Source of the DNA: a plasmid | Assembly: GCF_053078305.1 (NCBI RefSeq) | Contig: NZ_CP166875.1 | DNA length: 64,000 nt | Strand: one strand, 5' to 3' | Shown: one piece after another, positions 61,413 to 64,000 of the stretch | Numbering within the stretch: the stretch's first letter is position 1 | How the letters are laid out: every line of letters starts with the position of its first letter | Translations under genes and position numbers: made by a program | The notes under the pieces: generated by a model | Seen by the model: only the letters and a program-made list of their open reading frames with translations | The model's database searches: none | Told to the model about the DNA's origin: nothing

Positions 61413-64000
61413 ATCGTACGATACGCTTTTTGGATTACCTGAACTTTATGAGGATGCACTTCCCCGGTTTTCGCTCTCCTGCGAGGATATTGCATTCGCC
61501 AGAACTCATCGTCGATCTCATAACCGTCTGGGTTTTGCCATTCAGCTTGCACTTGTCCGTGATCTCGGTCGTACACTGCGTGCAGGAGAGATTCCCCCGG
61601 AGGCTGTTATCACCGTTGTTGCGGAACAACTGGATATTGACCCTGCTGTTTTTACACTTTACGCGCAACGTGAGGAAACCCGTCGGGAACATGCCCGCGA
61701 AATAGTTTCGGCTTTGGCGCTTCGTTCCATCCGGAGTAGCGATTACAGAATGCTCATTATCGCGGCTACACGCGAAGCAGCAACCACCGAAAAAGGACTG
61801 CCGATCACCAGAGCAGTTATCAATAAGCTGAAGGACCAGAAGTTACTTGCTCCTGCTCCGGCGCAACTAATCCGTCTGGCAATGGCGGGCCGGGCGGCTG
61901 CCCGTCGCCTTTCTTATCGGGAACTCATCAGGGATCTGAAACCTTCATCCATTAGCGCTCTCGAGCAGTTGCTTACCGAACGAGTCGGAGAAAAGAGCAT
62001 TTTAGGCTGGATAGCTGAAGCGCCGGAAGGCGTGAAGCTCAAGAATCTTAAGGGGTTAATTGCCAGGCTGGAGGTATTACGAGCAGCGGCAATCTCCGAT
62101 GAGCAACGTAAACGGATTCATGTAAACCGTTACGGTATTATTGCCCGGGATTCTCGCGTTTTACATGCGCGTGAAATACAACGAATGGCATCCGAACGCC
62201 GTCATGCCACGCTGGTAGCCTTTGTTATTGAAAAGCAGGCAACAATTACAGATCTGGCAATTGATATGTTCTGCAAATTGATTGGCAGCACGAGGCGCAG
62301 AGCAGAGATAAGCCAGAAAGAGCGTCGTCTGAAAGCCGCTGAAGTACTTGAAGTCGTAGCTCAGGATCATATTAAGCTGGGACGGGCTCTCCTGGCAGCA
62401 CGTGATGGTAATACTGATATTGAATCTGTAATAACAGCATCACTCGGCTGGGAAGGTTTGATTGCCAGTATGGAGGCTGCAGCTTCGGTGGCATCTTCCC
62501 ATCACTGTTCTGAACTGGATGAACTTATTGGACGACAAAAATCATTACGTAAGCTTGGACGACTCATTTTCAGTGCTTTTTCTTTCAGAGCTTTTCGCCC
62601 GGATGATAGCGTTTTGTTGGCGATTGGGTATTTGCAGGCGTTCTATCATGGCCGAAAATTACCCAAACAAATTCCGCTCGATTTTATGTCCCATAAATGG
62701 CGACGTCGTGTCATCCATGGAGAAAATACCGATCTGCAGGCGTGGGAAGTCGCCGTATTCGTTCATTTGCGAGAACGCCTGAAAACAGGTGACATATGGG
62801 TTGATGGTAGTCGGGCCTGGCGTAGTTTTGAGGACTACCTTCTTCCTCACCATGTTTTCGGGCAGATGCGGGCAGAATCCCGGCTGGGACTTGCCATTCC
62901 GGACAACTTTGCTGAATGGCGGGCTGAGCGAACCACCACACTCAACGCAAAACTGAAAGCGCTGGCAAAAGCTGCTTCGGAGAATGCCATACCCGATGCA
63001 GAACTTTCCAGCAGAGGGTTGTCTGTGTCTCCGATTCGCGAAGAAGAGAACGACAAAATTAAGGCTCTCAGCCGTAAACTATACATGCTGGTACCACGCA
63101 TCAGAATTACCAGTTTGCTGGCAGAAGTTCATAGCTGGACCAGTTTTCTTGATTGTTTCACACATTATCGCACCGGGGAACAGGCGGAAGATGAAGCTGC
63201 ACTTATGGCTGCGATCCTTGCCGATGCGACGAATGCGGGAGCAGAACGGATGGCGCAGAGTTCCCGGGGGGTCACCATTCACCAGATGATGGTAATGATG
63301 GATCGTCATTTACGCACTGAAACCTATGCGTCTGCCACATCAGTTCTGGTCGATGCGCAACAGGAACATCCTTTTGCTGCTATATGGGGTGATGGGCATG
63401 TGTCATCCTCGGACAGGCAGTTTTTTCCTGCGGGTGGACGAGGAGAAGCCAGCCTCGAATATAACGCCAAATACGGCAAACGACCTGGCGCGTCGATTTA
63501 TGGTTTTTTATCGAACCGTTTTGCATCCTTTTTTTCCAGAATGATTCAGGCCTCTGAAAGCGAGGCTCCCTACGTACTTGACGGCTTACTTCATAACGAA
63601 AGTTCTGTGGAGATTCATGAGCATGCCACCGATACAGCCGGTGCGACTGAAACAACATTTTCAATGTTTCACTCTTTTGGTTACAGACTCATACCCCGTA
63701 TTCGCAACCTCGGCAGTCGCAGGTTGTACGTTATTTCACCTTCTGAGGAATATAAACCACTTGATGCCCTGATCGCCGGAAAGGCCAAAATGGAAGTAAT
63801 AGAACAGCACTGGGATGAAGTTTTGCGGCTTAAGGCCTCGATCGGCGCTGGTCTGGTACCACCATCGGTAATACTGAAAAAGCTGGCAGCATCTCCGAGA
63901 CAAAACAGGCTCAATCTGGCCCTGCGTGAAATGGGACGTATTGAACGCTCAATTTTTATCTGTGACTGGTTGCTTGACACTCGGTTACGTCGCAGATCAC
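61393..64000 (+). CDS. tnpA: Tn3-family transposase, 3'-partial (runs off the window)
   Basis: Hand translation from ATG at about 61393 gives an uninterrupted frame to the window end with a TnpA-like N-terminus (NRLGFAIQLALVR); absent from the ORF track because it has no stop. Confidence 0.75.
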   Translation, partial: MSFLDAKSYDTLFGLPELYEDALPRFSLSCEDIAFARTHRRSHNRLGFAIQLALVRDLGRTLRAGEIPPEAVITVVAEQLDIDPAVFTLYAQREETRREHAREIVSALALRSIRSSDYRMLIIAATREAATTEKGLPITRAVINKLKDQKLLAPAPAQLIRLAMAGRAAARRLSYRELIRDLKPSSISALEQLLTERVGEKSILGWIAEAPEGVKLKNLKGLIARLEVLRAAAISDEQRKRIHVNRYGIIARDSRVLHAREIQRMASERRHATLVAFVIEKQATITDLAIDMFCKLIGSTRRRAEISQKERRLKAAEVLEVVAQDHIKLGRALLAARDGNTDIESVITASLGWEGLIASMEAAASVASSHHCSELDELIGRQKSLRKLGRLIFSAFSFRAFRPDDSVLLAIGYLQAFYHGRKLPKQIPLDFMSHKWRRRVIHGENTDLQAWEVAVFVHLRERLKTGDIWVDGSRAWRSFEDYLLPHHVFGQMRAESRLGLAIPDNFAEWRAERTTTLNAKLKALAKAASENAIPDAELSSRGLSVSPIREEENDKIKALSRKLYMLVPRIRITSLLAEVHSWTSFLDCFTHYRTGEQAEDEAALMAAILADATNAGAERMAQSSRGVTIHQMMVMMDRHLRTETYASATSVLVDAQQEHPFAAIWGDGHVSSSDRQFFPAGGRGEASLEYNAKYGKRPGASIYGFLSNRFASFFSRMIQASESEAPYVLDGLLHNESSVEIHEHATDTAGATETTFSMFHSFGYRLIPRIRNLGSRRLYVISPSEEYKPLDALIAGKAKMEVIEQHWDEVLRLKASIGAGLVPPSVILKKLAASPRQNRLNLALREMGRIERSIFICDWLLDTRLRRRS

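Larger units (their letters stand above)
60605..64000 (+). mobile_element. Tn3-family transposon (tnpR-tnpA co-directional), left end; continues beyond the window
   Basis: IR followed by a probable res region (60650-60780), resolvase and transposase. Confidence 0.7.

Overview
This 64 kb window reads as a mosaic segment of an enterobacterial conjugative plasmid. All calls are from reading the sequence and the ORF track; no database search or computation was run, so family assignments rest on recognised motifs and recalled homology, and coordinates of non-ORF features are approximate (about +/-10 bp). From left to right: (1) the end of an I-type (IncI/IncL-M-like) transfer region, trbA-trbB-trbC, facing the relaxase operon nikB-nikA and an oriT with hairpins (9-7900); (2) a long leading region (about 7.9-35.4 kb) whose genes are almost all on the minus strand, i.e. 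transcribed towards oriT, carrying ardA, an orphan N6-adenine methyltransferase, an Rpn nuclease, a ParMR-type partition locus, a UvrD-like helicase, a ProQ/FinO-like gene, hok, psiA-psiB, a large ParB-like gene, ssb and a KlcA/ArdB-like gene, interspersed with three families of GC-rich repeats that look like single-strand promoter (Frpo/ssi-type) elements; (3) two identical 3.9 kb Tn3-family elements (resolvase + transposase) in direct orientation at 22.6-26.5 kb and 43.1-47.0 kb, the first abutting a truncated IS66-family element; (4) nuc, a second hok-family locus and an IncFII-type replicon copB-copA-tap-repA1-oriR (35.7-39.3 kb); (5) a heavily rearranged accessory region with five type II toxin-antitoxin modules or remnants, a 190 bp Tn3-derived miniature element, and repeated 280 bp elements upstream of the TA cassettes; (6) a low-GC three-gene operon that I read as a viperin-like radical SAM enzyme + nucleotide kinase + Nudix hydrolase (47.6-49.6 kb), the best candidate here for an antiviral defence system; (7) a secreted hydrolase, a second ProQ/FinO-like gene, a ynbABCD-like phospholipid-enzyme cluster, a DMT transporter, and the left end of a third Tn3-family transposon running off the window. 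No rRNA, tRNA or CRISPR array was seen.
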